The notes under the pieces were generated by a model. That model saw nothing but the letters and a program-made list of their open reading frames with translations. It was not told where the DNA came from and did no database searches. From the NCBI GenBank assembly GCA_039811685.1, contig JBDHZC010000003.1:160001-224000 (forward strand): a DNA stretch of 64,000 nt. The letters are read 5' to 3'. The position numbers were made by a program, and so were the translations under genes. Shown here piece after piece: positions 10,189 to 20,274 of this stretch. This stretch comes from Armatimonadota bacterium (GTDB lineage: Bacteria; Armatimonadota; UBA5829; DSUL01). The first letter of the stretch is position 1. Each line of letters opens with the position of its first letter.

Positions 10189-10752
10189 TCAGCGCCCCAT
10201 CAGATCGCAAGTGGCCAGAGTCTGGACTGGATCCAGGGTCAAGAGTGAAACTGATTCAACCGTGCCGGAGATATGCGGGCACAGATCGAGGACAATCTCC
10301 AGCGCCCGCCCGGCGGCATAGGGCGTCAGGTCCTCAGCAAGCGTGCAGTGTGGCGCCCAGATATCCGGTAGATAATAGGCCCAGGGGCGGTAGGCGATAT
10401 CCCGGAAGCGTTCGTGGAACTCCCGGTGGAGCCGGTAAAGATCGTCCGTCATCGCAGGCGCCAGAAAAACAGTTGCAGGCTTCTTCAGGAAGGCCCCGAC
10501 TTGCGACAGTTGGATGACCTGTGCGGGCTTCTCCTCTGCCCACTGGGTCAATCGAGCGATGAATTGCTCGCGCCGGATATCCTCGTAGACCGCTACCGTG
10601 ATGTAAGGCCGTGTGGCTTCAAGGACGCTGTCGTCAACCAGACCAGCCAGAGCGATCTCACCCGAAAGATGGCGCAGGGCCAGTTCTGCGGCGACGTTCA
10701 TATGCAGCTTGACGGCGTATGGCAAGAGGCTTCTCCAGACTGCCTCGAGCAT
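10189..10752 (-). CDS. 2H phosphoesterase / 2'-5' RNA ligase family protein
   Basis: Second motif WAPHCTLA is intact; the first-motif position reads RPYITVA. Confidence 0.75.
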   Translation of the reverse strand: MLEAVWRSLLPYAVKLHMNVAAELALRHLSGEIALAGLVDDSVLEATRPYITVAVYEDIRREQFIARLTQWAEEKPAQVIQLSQVGAFLKKPATVFLAPAMTDDLYRLHREFHERFRDIAYRPWAYYLPDIWAPHCTLAEDLTPYAAGRALEIVLDLCPHISGTVESVSLLTLDPVQTLATCDLMGR

Positions 10753-10798
10753 GCGTCAATATTGCCTGAATCGCCACCCACGTTCGCGTGCTCTCGCG

Positions 10799-10990
10799 TC
10801 AGGTACCGACTTCATAACCTGTACCATTGCACTGCGAGCACTCGCCAGTCCCGTCGCACGAAGGACATCTGTCGTCTATGAAGTCCTCAGGCTCACTTGA
10901 TTCAGCCGGAGTTGGATCCTTGTAGACGAGTTTTCCTGTGCCACCGCACGAAACACAGACGCCTGTTCCTGAACACACGCTGCAGACCAT
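10799..10990 (-). CDS. Small stand-alone DnaJ-type cysteine-rich zinc-finger protein (63 aa)
   Basis: Four CxxCxGxG motifs (CSVCSGTG, CVSCGGTG, CPSCDGTG, CSQCNGTG). SD-like GGAAAGAGGT upstream of ATG 10990. Confidence 0.75.
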   Translation of the reverse strand: MVCSVCSGTGVCVSCGGTGKLVYKDPTPAESSEPEDFIDDRCPSCDGTGECSQCNGTGYEVGT

Positions 10991-11227
10991 TTCAGATGAG
11001 ACCTCTTTCCTGAGCAGCTTTCCTTTTGTGTCATTGTTCCCACAGATGGATGCCGGACACTCGCACAGAGCGCACAATAAGTCTGGACCCTCAAAGCTGA
11101 GGATAACGCAAACTGAGAAAAAACATGTGACTCGAGCACTCTGGTATGCTAAAATGGGCCGAAAGCTAGGGATGGCTGGGACGGACACCGGAGGTGTCTG
11201 CCGTGTCCCGCAGGATTGCACATCTTA

Positions 11228-12010
11228 ATGGTGATTGATCTCAGACAAGAGGCCGCGCCCAACTCAGGTTTCATGGTCACTCTTCAAAAGTTCGAGGGTC
11301 CGCTCGATCTTCTGCTGCAGATGATTCGCAGCCAGGAGATTGACATCTACGACATCCCCATCGCAAGCGTCACAGACCAGTATCTGTTCCACTTGCGCGC
11401 GATGGAGGAGATGGATCTGGATGTCGCCAGCGAGTACCTCGTCATGGCTGCGACGCTCATCGAGATCAAGAGCCGCTTTCTGCTCCCGAAGCCTCCCGCG
11501 CCGGAGCAGGAAGAAGGACCGGATCCACGAGATGAGCTGGTTCGCCGCCTTCTGGAGTATGAGAAGTACCGTCAGGTAGCCGATCTCCTGCACGGGCACG
11601 AAGATGCGCAGAGGCTGCTGCATGCCCGCACCGTTGAGCTGGACCCCGATGATTTGCCCGCAGTGCCGTCATCTTCCGTGACCACGCTCGATCTTCTAAG
11701 CGCGCTAAAGCGGGTGCTTCAGAACGTGGGAGACGTTGTTACTGCGCCAGTTACGACGATCCCCAGACAGAAGATTACGCTGCGCATGAAGATGGCGGAA
11801 ATGATGCGGCGCGTGCATGAGTCTGGATCACGCATACCGTTTTCGCAGCTCTTCGCGGCGGAGCGCACCCGGCCCGATATAGTGATGGCATTTCTTGCGC
11901 TGCTCGAGTTGATGCGCCAGTTCAAGATAGTCGCGGAGCAGGATCAGCAGTTTGGAGAGATTTTTATTTCGCCAGCCGTGCAGGTTGAACAGAAGGCGCT
12001 TGCTCAGTGA
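11228..12010 (+). CDS. scpA: Segregation and condensation protein A
   Basis: FEGPLDLLL...IDIYDIPI...ASEYLVMAATLIEIKSRFLLP...FLALLEL. Confidence 0.95.
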   Translation: MVIDLRQEAAPNSGFMVTLQKFEGPLDLLLQMIRSQEIDIYDIPIASVTDQYLFHLRAMEEMDLDVASEYLVMAATLIEIKSRFLLPKPPAPEQEEGPDPRDELVRRLLEYEKYRQVADLLHGHEDAQRLLHARTVELDPDDLPAVPSSSVTTLDLLSALKRVLQNVGDVVTAPVTTIPRQKITLRMKMAEMMRRVHESGSRIPFSQLFAAERTRPDIVMAFLALLELMRQFKIVAEQDQQFGEIFISPAVQVEQKALAQ

Positions 12011-12684
12011 CTGATTCCAGCGAGATTCGGCGGGCAGTGGAGTGTTTGCTGTTTGTGAGTGGCGCTCCGCTGGGGACCAGAGACCTGGCGCTGGCTCTGG
12101 AGTGCGAGGAGGCCTCAGTCGTAAGCGCGGCGGAGGAGCTTGCCGCCCGGGACCCGGAAGTATCAGGCCTGCGTGTGCAGCAGGTCGCGGGCGGATGGCA
12201 GATGGTGACTCGCCCCGAATACGCCCTGGCTGTGGCGCGCTTTGTGGGTAAACGAGCGCAGAAGCTATCCAAGGCGGCGCTCGAAGCACTGGCCATTCTA
12301 GCCTACAATCAACCCTCAACACAGCCGGAGATTGAAGCGATTCGGGGTGTGGATTCCTCCGGCGTTCTCAAGAGCCTGATTGAGCGCAATCTCGTCAAAG
12401 AAGCCGGTCGCAGAGATGGTCCCGGACGCCCAATACTCTACGAGACGACCGACGGTTTTCTTGTGTATTTCGGTCTGAACTCGTTGGATGACCTGCCAGA
12501 TCAGAGCGTGCTGGAGAGCATGCTCGCAGAAACTCAGTCCCGCGTGGAAGAGCGCGCTGACGAGCAGTTTCCGGCTTCCACTGATGGAAACGATAGTGTC
12601 AGTGGTGGGCAGGAACAGGCGCAGGGAGTTGAGGAGACTCTGCATATTTCGGAAGGCTTCGAGCCGGAAGTCGTGGAAAGGTAG
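12007..12684 (+). CDS. scpB: Segregation and condensation protein B
   Basis: VECLLFVSG, VAGGWQMVT, LSKAALEALAILAYNQP, IEAIRGV, PGRPILYETT; overlaps the scpA stop (GTGA). Confidence 0.95.
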   Translation: MTDSSEIRRAVECLLFVSGAPLGTRDLALALECEEASVVSAAEELAARDPEVSGLRVQQVAGGWQMVTRPEYALAVARFVGKRAQKLSKAALEALAILAYNQPSTQPEIEAIRGVDSSGVLKSLIERNLVKEAGRRDGPGRPILYETTDGFLVYFGLNSLDDLPDQSVLESMLAETQSRVEERADEQFPASTDGNDSVSGGQEQAQGVEETLHISEGFEPEVVER

Positions 12685-12705
12685 CTGCAATCCAGGCCAC
12701 TTTAG

Positions 12706-14046
12706 ATGCAGCAGATCATCAGTAAATCCAGTCTTACAGTAGGGCTATTTCTGTGCGCCTTTCAGGTTTTTTGTATGCGCTTGAGCGCCGGAGCCGCTAA
12801 TGCCACAGTGTCTCCACCATCCTCACCAGCATCAGTTTTTCAATCGCCTGCGCAGTCTCCGCATAATCCGAAAGCCGCAGAGGCTGTACCGGGTCTTCCT
12901 GCGCCTCCAGCAGTCAAAGCCGCTTCTGCCATTCTGGTAGATGCTGTGACCGGACAGGTCATCTTCGCGAAGAACGAGCACACGCGTCGTCCGAATGCCA
13001 GCACCACCAAAGTAATGACTGTGCTTCTCGCCCTGGAGCACGGGAAACTTGACGATCAAGTTGCCGCTCCCGGGGTCGTGAAGGACATTCCGGAAAGCTC
13101 ATTCCATCTGCTTCCGGGGGAAAAGCTTTCGCTTCTTGACCTGCTCTACGCCGCGTGTGTCCGTTCTGCCAACGACGCGGCCTGGGCGATAGCCGAGCAC
13201 GTCGGCGGGACCGTCCCGAAGTTTGTGGAGATGATGAACGCGCGCGCCCGTGAAATTGGCATGAAGGATACGCAGTTCAAGAACCCCAACGGTCTCAACG
13301 CTCCCGGACACTACTCCAGCGCCTACGATCTTGCGCTGCTGACGCGCGAAGCCATAAAGACGCCGCTGTTCAACGAGCTTGTGAACACGCGCAGCATCAC
13401 CATTGATCGCTCATCGAGTCAGGACAAACTCCTTAGAGCGCGCTCCAAGTTTTTGCTTCACTATCCCGGTGCGGACGGCATCAAGTCCGGGTACACCCGG
13501 CAGGCTGGCCACTGCTACATCGGCGCGGCTACGGAAAACGGATGGCGGCTGATCTCAGTTGTCTTGAAGAGCTCAAGTGCCGGCGAGGACACCAAAGCTC
13601 TGATGAGCTATGGTTTCAAGCACTTTGAGCGTCTGCAGCTGGCCAAAGCTGGCGCGCGCTACACTGAGGTGGAAGTGCCCAATGCCCACCCTGAGAAACT
13701 CCCGCTGATTCTCCAGGACGATCTGAGCGTGGTTGCTCCAAAGGGCCGCTCCAAATCTGTGAAAACGCGTTTGGATATCGCGTACGTTCGCCCTCCCATT
13801 AACAAGGGCGATGTCGTGGGCTATGCCGTAGCATCCGGTGGGTCCAGTGAGGTGCGGGTCCCACTTCTCGCTGCCGAAGACGCCCGGGAAGCCAGAAACA
13901 ACCTCCTCGGATTTCTTGCCGTCGGCGCCTGTCTTCCTCTCGGTTATGCCGGAATCAGGCGGGCTGCCTCAGATCGCCGCGCTCGTGGAGGGCGAAGGGC
14001 GTCAGAGTTGGACCTCAACACTCTGCTGAAAAACGATCGCGCCTAG
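12706..14046 (+). CDS. D-alanyl-D-alanine carboxypeptidase (peptidase S11, DacB/DacF-like)
   Basis: SxxK (ASTTK), SAN and KSG motifs, FKNPNGL, PBP5-like C-terminal domain and TM anchor. Confidence 0.9.
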   Translation: MQQIISKSSLTVGLFLCAFQVFCMRLSAGAANATVSPPSSPASVFQSPAQSPHNPKAAEAVPGLPAPPAVKAASAILVDAVTGQVIFAKNEHTRRPNASTTKVMTVLLALEHGKLDDQVAAPGVVKDIPESSFHLLPGEKLSLLDLLYAACVRSANDAAWAIAEHVGGTVPKFVEMMNARAREIGMKDTQFKNPNGLNAPGHYSSAYDLALLTREAIKTPLFNELVNTRSITIDRSSSQDKLLRARSKFLLHYPGADGIKSGYTRQAGHCYIGAATENGWRLISVVLKSSSAGEDTKALMSYGFKHFERLQLAKAGARYTEVEVPNAHPEKLPLILQDDLSVVAPKGRSKSVKTRLDIAYVRPPINKGDVVGYAVASGGSSEVRVPLLAAEDAREARNNLLGFLAVGACLPLGYAGIRRAASDRRARGGRRASELDLNTLLKNDRA

Positions 14047-14087
14047 GACACAAGCCCACTGCGCCCGGATAGCGCATAATTGTCTAC

Positions 14088-14867
14088 ATGCAGGAGCGAT
14101 TGCAGAAGATACTGGCGAGTGCAGGTCTGGGCAGCCGACGGGAATGTGAGAAGCTCATTCAGGACGGTCACGTGCGCGTGAATGGCGAGATCGTGCGCGA
14201 ACTTGGCGTGCGCGCAGATCCGGATGAGGATGTTATCGCTGTTGGTCGCAGAGCCATACACGCCAGAAAGCTCTCCTACATCGCGATGTACAAACCGCGC
14301 GGCTATGTCTCTACGCGCAGAGACCCTCATGCGACGCGGACTTTGATGGATCTGCTTCCGGAGAAGCTGCGCCATCTTAATCCTGTTGGACGGCTGGACG
14401 CCGCCAGTGAGGGACTCATTCTTTTCACCAACGATGGGGAGCTGGCCAACCGCCTGACGCATCCGCGCTTCGAAGTCACCAAGACATACCGGGCTACTAT
14501 TCGGGGTGTTGTCTCGGATGAGGATATTAAGCGTCTTGCTGAAGGTGTTGAACTGGACGACGGGCTCACGCTGCCTGCGCGCGTTGAGCTAACTGTACGC
14601 GATAAGGAGAAAGAGCGCACGCGCGTGGCGTTGACTATTCGTGAAGGACGCAACCGTCAGATCAGGCGGATGTTCGAGGCGCTTGGGTACGAAGTTGCGC
14701 GTCTCGTTCGCGTTCAGCTTGGGCCTGTCAGTCTGGCGGATCTGCGGCCGGGTCAGATCAGAGACTTGACGGACGAAGAGATGTCCTTGTTGAACAAACT
14801 GAAGGCGCAACCGGCGCAGTCGAGCAAACTCAACCCTGCGGACGCAGCTCGGGAGTCAGGCGCTTGA
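14088..14867 (+). CDS. rluB: 23S rRNA pseudouridine synthase (RluB/RsuA family)
   Basis: S4 domain ERLQKILASAGLGSRRECE; GRLD catalytic motif; EGRNRQIRRM. Confidence 0.92.
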   Translation: MQERLQKILASAGLGSRRECEKLIQDGHVRVNGEIVRELGVRADPDEDVIAVGRRAIHARKLSYIAMYKPRGYVSTRRDPHATRTLMDLLPEKLRHLNPVGRLDAASEGLILFTNDGELANRLTHPRFEVTKTYRATIRGVVSDEDIKRLAEGVELDDGLTLPARVELTVRDKEKERTRVALTIREGRNRQIRRMFEALGYEVARLVRVQLGPVSLADLRPGQIRDLTDEEMSLLNKLKAQPAQSSKLNPADAARESGA

Positions 14868-15790
14868 CTCTACCCTGGACCAGGCTCAGCGCTCTTGACG
14901 CCGGCCGTCGCGTAGTTCAGACGCTGGCAGCCGTCCTCGTTGTCGCTGTAGTACAAGGTTGCGTATCCCGGTCTAGTTCCCCCGGTGTCAGGACGTCGTC
15001 CGAGACTAACGCAGCGCCTAAGCGCATCGTTTCTCTGTCACCCAGTACCACAGAAGTTCTGTATGCCCTGGGTCTTGGCAGCCGTGTCGTTGGTGTCACT
15101 AAGCAGTGCAACTTTCCACCTGAGGCAAGGTCCAGACCAAAAGTCGGCGACGTCAACATCAGTGTGGAGGCTGTTCTTGCCCTCAAACCTGATCTTGTTG
15201 TGGGCCATGCTCTTCTGAACCGGCAACCACTTGAAGCGCTCAGAAAAGCCGGAATCCGCACGGCCGAGATGAATCCTGTAAGCTGGCGAGAAGTTGGGGA
15301 TGAAATTGAGAGTCTTGGTAAAGTCTGTGGAGCGCCGGACCGGGGAGCTGTCATCCGAGCTCAGATGGACACCGCTTACACTGAGGTTCAGCGCAGGTAT
15401 GCTGGCAAGAAGGCGCGGCCTCTGGTGCTTTTCGCCGTCCAGGGCAATCCGGTCTGGGCGGCAGGACCGAAGACCTTTGTTGATGACATGATCACTGTCG
15501 CCGGCGGCGTGAACGTTGCGCACGATGCGAGCCCCGGCTTCAACCACCTGTCCCAGGAACTCACCGCGAAATATCAGCCAGACTTCATTTTTGTCACTGA
15601 TACAGCAGCCAGAAAAGACATTTTGAACTCGCCTTTGTGGAAAAGAGCTCCTGCAGTTCGACGTGGGAAAGTGTTCCAGGTAGATCCGGATCTCTATCTC
15701 CGCCCCGCGCCGAGACTTGTGGATGGCCTGCGCCAGATGGCTCGGGAGATTGGCCCAGCGCACTCTGCAGGGAGCAGCCTGCAGCCGTGA
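14864..15790 (+). CDS. btuF: Cobalamin/iron-chelate ABC transporter substrate-binding lipoprotein
   Basis: Lipobox VQGC; RIVSLSPSTTEVLYALG, VVGVT..CNFP, RPAPR. Confidence 0.8.
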   Translation: MTLPWTRLSALDAGRRVVQTLAAVLVVAVVQGCVSRSSSPGVRTSSETNAAPKRIVSLSPSTTEVLYALGLGSRVVGVTKQCNFPPEARSRPKVGDVNISVEAVLALKPDLVVGHALLNRQPLEALRKAGIRTAEMNPVSWREVGDEIESLGKVCGAPDRGAVIRAQMDTAYTEVQRRYAGKKARPLVLFAVQGNPVWAAGPKTFVDDMITVAGGVNVAHDASPGFNHLSQELTAKYQPDFIFVTDTAARKDILNSPLWKRAPAVRRGKVFQVDPDLYLRPAPRLVDGLRQMAREIGPAHSAGSSLQP

Positions 15791-16839
15791 CTAACTCGAG
15801 CAGACTTGGGCACAGGATGCTGGTAGCCGGTGTTGTCCTGCTCGTGGCACTTTTCGTATGCATTGCCATAGCCCTGCGAGTTGGCGCTGTCGGGATTGGC
15901 TACGGTGAGATTCTGCGCGAGATCGGGCAAAGTCTCTGGAATGTCCTCACGCGTCACCACGACGACTCCACAAGCATAATCTTTGACCTCCGTCTGCCTC
16001 GCATTTTGCTGGCCGCATTCACGGGTGCGGTGCTGGCGGCCGGAGGGGCCGCTCTACAGGGACTTCTTGGTAACCCCCTTGCTGAGCCTTACACCGTTGG
16101 AGTGTCTTCGGGCTGTGTCCTCGGCGCCAGTATGGCGGTTGTGCTGGGGTGGGACAGCTCTGGCGCAGGGTGGATAATACCGCTGTGCGCATTCGGGACG
16201 GGAGTAGTTGCGGTCGCCCTGGTGTTTGCCTTTGCCCGTCGCGCGGGCCGTGTGGACGTGAACACGTTTTTGTTGTCCGGAATTATCGTGGGGGCGCTTT
16301 TCTGGGCGATTACGACTTTTCTGCTGACCGCCCGCACCGATGATCTGGGACGCGTCTTCATCTGGTTTGCAGGGAGCTTTGAGACGCCGTCTCCGTGGGG
16401 CTATCTTGCTATGGTTGACCGGGCGGCCGTGGTCACGCTGGGCGGCCTTTACTGGTTCTCCCGCGATTTGAACGCCTATGCGCTGGGAGAGGAAACGGCG
16501 CGGCAGCTCGGAGTAGAGCCGGAACGTCTGAAAGCTTGGGTGATTGGGCTGGTCACTTTTGGCACAGCGGTGACTGTCGCTTCAGCCGGCGTAATCGGCT
16601 TTGTCGGGCTTCTTGTGCCGCACGCCATGCGCCGGGTGCTGGGAGCAGATCACCGGATGCTGTTGGTGACCAGCGCGCTTGGCGGAGCGTGCCTGCTGGT
16701 GCTTGCTGACGCGCTGGCTCGTGGATTGGCGCCGCCTAGAGAGATTCCCGTAGGTGTCATCACAGCGGCAGTGGGGGCGCCAGTGTTCCTCTACATTCTG
16801 ACCAGAGGAAGCCGCAAGGCCGCGCAGGACAGGCCGTGA
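15787..16839 (+). CDS. btuC: FecCD/BtuC family ABC permease
   Basis: RLPRILLA, QGLLGNPLAEPYTVGVSSG, G.IGFVGLLVPH, EIPVG; GTG 15787 overlaps the btuF stop. Confidence 0.85.
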   Translation: MTNSSRLGHRMLVAGVVLLVALFVCIAIALRVGAVGIGYGEILREIGQSLWNVLTRHHDDSTSIIFDLRLPRILLAAFTGAVLAAGGAALQGLLGNPLAEPYTVGVSSGCVLGASMAVVLGWDSSGAGWIIPLCAFGTGVVAVALVFAFARRAGRVDVNTFLLSGIIVGALFWAITTFLLTARTDDLGRVFIWFAGSFETPSPWGYLAMVDRAAVVTLGGLYWFSRDLNAYALGEETARQLGVEPERLKAWVIGLVTFGTAVTVASAGVIGFVGLLVPHAMRRVLGADHRMLLVTSALGGACLLVLADALARGLAPPREIPVGVITAAVGAPVFLYILTRGSRKAAQDRP

Positions 16840-18125
16840 GCGCTCAATTGGAAATCCGCAAAGTCGCCGCGGGATACAACCGCGCGCATCCTGTTCTGAA
16901 GGATGTCTCACTGCAGCTTGAGCGCGGGCGCTTCATTGGGCTGGTCGGGCCAAACGGGAGTGGAAAGAGCACGCTTGTGCGCACCGCCAGCCGCGGTGTG
17001 AAGCCGCTGCGTGGACGGGTGCTGTTGGCGGGAAAGGACATCTGGAGCTACTCAGCCAGGGATTTCGCCAGACGCGTTGCGGTTGTCCCTCAGGAGATCA
17101 GTGTCCCTTTTGATCTGAGTTGTCTCGAAATCGTACTTCTTGGAAGACACCCTCACGTTGGTCGCCTGCATCTGGAGACTGTAGAAGATGAGTCTGTGGC
17201 TCTGAGCGCTCTGGACGTAGTTGGAGTCTTGCCACTGGCGTCACGCTCAATTCGTGAAGTTTCCGGGGGCGAGCGCCAGCGAGTCACGATCGCCAAAGCT
17301 CTGGCGCAGGTGCCGGAAGTGCTGCTTCTGGATGAACCAACCGCGCATCTGGATGTCGCCCAGCAGACGGCAATTCTCTCCCTGGTCGCTGATTTATCTC
17401 GTGAGCGGGGAATTGCGGTGCTGGCCGTTCTGCACGATTTGAACCTTGCTGCTACGTGGTGCGAGCAGATTGCCGTCATGGACAGCGGTCGGATTGTGGA
17501 GCAGGGCGCCCCGCAGGACGTGGTGACTGAATCTTTGCTGGCAAAGGTCTGGCAGGCTCGGATGTGGGTGCGCCGCAATCCCATGACCGGGCGGCCTTAT
17601 ATGCTTCCGATGCCGCCTCTGTTCGAGCCGGATAGATCTGACGAAGGCGCGCCCACGGTGCATGTTGTCTGTGGAGGTGGAAGCGGCGGGCCGGTCCTGA
17701 CAATGTTGATGAGCGAAGGATACCGCGTTACGTGTGGCGTTGTAAATATCGGGGACAGCGACGAAGAATTGTGTCGCGCGATGAACATCCCCCATGTTGC
17801 CGAAGCGCCGTTCTCGCCTATCTCTCCGCCTCGCGCCGCTGCCAACCTCAAGATGGCGCTGGATGCAGATGCCATTGTGCTGACGGACTTCTGCCTTGGG
17901 CCGGGCAATGTTGACAACCTGCGTGTCGTTATGGAGGCGCTGAAGGACTACAAACGGGTCATCAGCCTCAAATCCAGTGACAGCGATAGTGGAGCGGAAA
18001 CAGCGCAGGACTACACGGACGGTCAGGGAAGCCAGTGGCTGGCGGCCATCCGGGAACAGGCTCAGGTCGTCTCAAATCCTCCGGCTGTACTCGATGCTCT
18101 GCGTGCGCAGCTTGGCCGCAATTAG
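16836..18125 (+). CDS. btuD: BtuD/FepC-like ABC ATPase with ~160-aa C-terminal extension
   Basis: Walker A GPNGSGKS, signature VSGGERQ, LLLDEPT, HDLN; extra domain begins VHVVCGGGSG. Confidence 0.85.
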   Translation: MSAQLEIRKVAAGYNRAHPVLKDVSLQLERGRFIGLVGPNGSGKSTLVRTASRGVKPLRGRVLLAGKDIWSYSARDFARRVAVVPQEISVPFDLSCLEIVLLGRHPHVGRLHLETVEDESVALSALDVVGVLPLASRSIREVSGGERQRVTIAKALAQVPEVLLLDEPTAHLDVAQQTAILSLVADLSRERGIAVLAVLHDLNLAATWCEQIAVMDSGRIVEQGAPQDVVTESLLAKVWQARMWVRRNPMTGRPYMLPMPPLFEPDRSDEGAPTVHVVCGGGSGGPVLTMLMSEGYRVTCGVVNIGDSDEELCRAMNIPHVAEAPFSPISPPRAAANLKMALDADAIVLTDFCLGPGNVDNLRVVMEALKDYKRVISLKSSDSDSGAETAQDYTDGQGSQWLAAIREQAQVVSNPPAVLDALRAQLGRN

Positions 18126-18312
18126 CGTGCTTTCCAGCCCATGTCCGCCTAAAAGCGTACTACATCCTCACACGCAATTTGGGATCTCTCCGAGCGTTCC
18201 TTTGCAGTGTAATAATCGCGGGCTGATTGCGCGCATGCCCGTGGGCTGATATACTGAATACAGCTTTTCCACGGCCCATCGGCCGTCATCGCGGAGGAGC
18301 AAAGGAGAATCC

Positions 18313-20082
18313 ATGTCTGGCTTTCGCGCGTATGTGTGCGTGCTCGTGCTCGCAGCGGCTTCCAGCGGCTCATCGCAAACGGTGCGCCTGGCCCTTCCGG
18401 GCGCCTCAGGACAGACCGCTATCTTCGATGCGCAAAACCAGCTCAGTGTTGTGACCCACAGCGTCCCTGCTGGCTACATGGACCTCTACCCAGCCTATCG
18501 CGCCGAGTCCGGCCCTCCGGTGATCATCGTTGAAGGCTTTGATCCGACAAACAAGACAGTACCTGACGCCGTTTATCAACAGGTCAACGTGCTCGGTGGG
18601 ATAGACACAGTCCGGGCAGCCGGGCGCGACGTCTGGATTGTGAACTTTGGAGATGGCGGGGGAGCTATTGCGGCGAACGCGAAGCTTGTAAGCTCCGCCG
18701 TCGCGCAGGCCGCCAACTACGGTGGTCTGGCAAGTGGGCAGGTGGACATTATTGGCCTCAGCATGGGAGGGGTCATCACGCGATGGGCGCTGGCGGCGGA
18801 TGAAGCTGGCCACGGTCCCTCAGACGGTCTGGTGCGCCTGTTCGTCTCCGGCGATTCCCCTCAGCAGGGCGCTAACGCCAACCCCAACCTCCAGGAGCTC
18901 ATCATCTTTCAGAACAGCCCTGATACACTGCCGCTAATGCGCTCGGACGCCGCAGTGTCCATGCTCTACCAGAGCGTGCTCAGCTTTGCCACCAATGGCT
19001 GTGCTCTCGGCGCGCTACCCTCAGCCACCAGTTTTGTGAGCTCACCCGCTGCGCACGACTGGTTCTACAACGCTCTGAATGCGCTGAACGGCGACGGCTA
19101 TCCTCACAAAAGCCGCAACGTCGCCATCTCAAACGGCTCCTGGAGCGCGCTGCCTTATGCCACCGGAGACTGGCTGGCCGCCTGCCGCACCTATGCCAAC
19201 TTCATTGTGCGCATCCAGGTGTGCTCTCAGACTTACAGCGCAACGGCCACGGATGTCGGTCCGGGTTCCCTTGCGGGAGACTTCGCGGCCGGAAACATCC
19301 GCACGCCGGAGTTTGAGATGGATCAACATTTCGTACCTGCGTTCATTCCAGCTGGCTCAGCTCTGGACATGCGCTCTGGTCAATCCATGTTCGACCGAAC
19401 TCTTGTCCAGATGACCGCTCAGAATCACTCCACTATTACGCCCGCCACAAATGCGTTTATGCTGGACGAAGTGCTGGGAGCCGGCGCAAAGGTGAATCCC
19501 TGCTTTATGCCGGACGGCGCAACGGCTAATATCGCTGGTCTTGTTGTTACCGGCGTCTATGCGGGGCGGTTCTATGCGGAGCAACCGGATCGCGCGTGGG
19601 GAGTGGCTGTAGAAAGTCCTGCGGCAGTCGCTCCCGGAGACACTGTGACGATCTTCGGCCCAATGGCGACACGTGGGGGTGAGCGCGCAGTAGCGGCGTC
19701 CTCAGTCACAATCACCGGTCACGCCTCGCCTCCCGCGCCGCTCACAATGAAAACGGGCGCGCTCGGTGGTGGGCTCGTGGGGCAGTTCTCCGCAGGTGTG
19801 ACAGGTGGAGTTGGCGCCAGCAATACCGGTCTGCTGGTGCGTACAGGCGGCCTTGTGACTGGCGTCGCCGACGATCAATCCTTCTTTACTATCAATGACG
19901 GTTCGGGCGATGTGCGCGTGCTTGTAACGGGCCTCTCTGCGGGACAGACGATAGCCGCGCCACCGGTCGGTGAGTTTGTCACCGTCACTGGCGCAAGCTC
20001 CACCTCAGACACCGGTTCAGCAGTTTTGGCGGCTATCCGTCCGCGTGATCAAGGCGATATCGAAATCCTCACCCAGCCCTGA
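18313..20082 (+). CDS. Secreted alpha/beta hydrolase (PGAP1/lipase-like) with C-terminal recurrent OB-fold-like module
   Basis: Signal peptide; VEGFDP, nucleophile elbow GLSMGG, DSPQQGA; C-terminal EQPDRAWG...GASNTGLLVR. Confidence 0.75.
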   Translation: MSGFRAYVCVLVLAAASSGSSQTVRLALPGASGQTAIFDAQNQLSVVTHSVPAGYMDLYPAYRAESGPPVIIVEGFDPTNKTVPDAVYQQVNVLGGIDTVRAAGRDVWIVNFGDGGGAIAANAKLVSSAVAQAANYGGLASGQVDIIGLSMGGVITRWALAADEAGHGPSDGLVRLFVSGDSPQQGANANPNLQELIIFQNSPDTLPLMRSDAAVSMLYQSVLSFATNGCALGALPSATSFVSSPAAHDWFYNALNALNGDGYPHKSRNVAISNGSWSALPYATGDWLAACRTYANFIVRIQVCSQTYSATATDVGPGSLAGDFAAGNIRTPEFEMDQHFVPAFIPAGSALDMRSGQSMFDRTLVQMTAQNHSTITPATNAFMLDEVLGAGAKVNPCFMPDGATANIAGLVVTGVYAGRFYAEQPDRAWGVAVESPAAVAPGDTVTIFGPMATRGGERAVAASSVTITGHASPPAPLTMKTGALGGGLVGQFSAGVTGGVGASNTGLLVRTGGLVTGVADDQSFFTINDGSGDVRVLVTGLSAGQTIAAPPVGEFVTVTGASSTSDTGSAVLAAIRPRDQGDIEILTQP

Positions 20083-20274
20083 AGCCCGAAGCCTGGTTTT
20101 TCCCGCTGCCGCTAACAGTTCTAGAATGAGCTCTCTCCTGCCAGCCCGTGACTCGTCACACAAGGGGAGCCATGCTTCCCAGCCTGGCTGGTGTACAGCA
20201 GCCGGGAAAACTGCAAGGCAGGAGGCCGCTTGAGTATTGAGGAAAGGAAACGCAGCGATGGTTGAGGGCTGAAC

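Noticed and set aside
14800..14870. Cobalamin riboswitch before btuF
   Set aside because: There is no intergenic space; btuF overlaps rluB.
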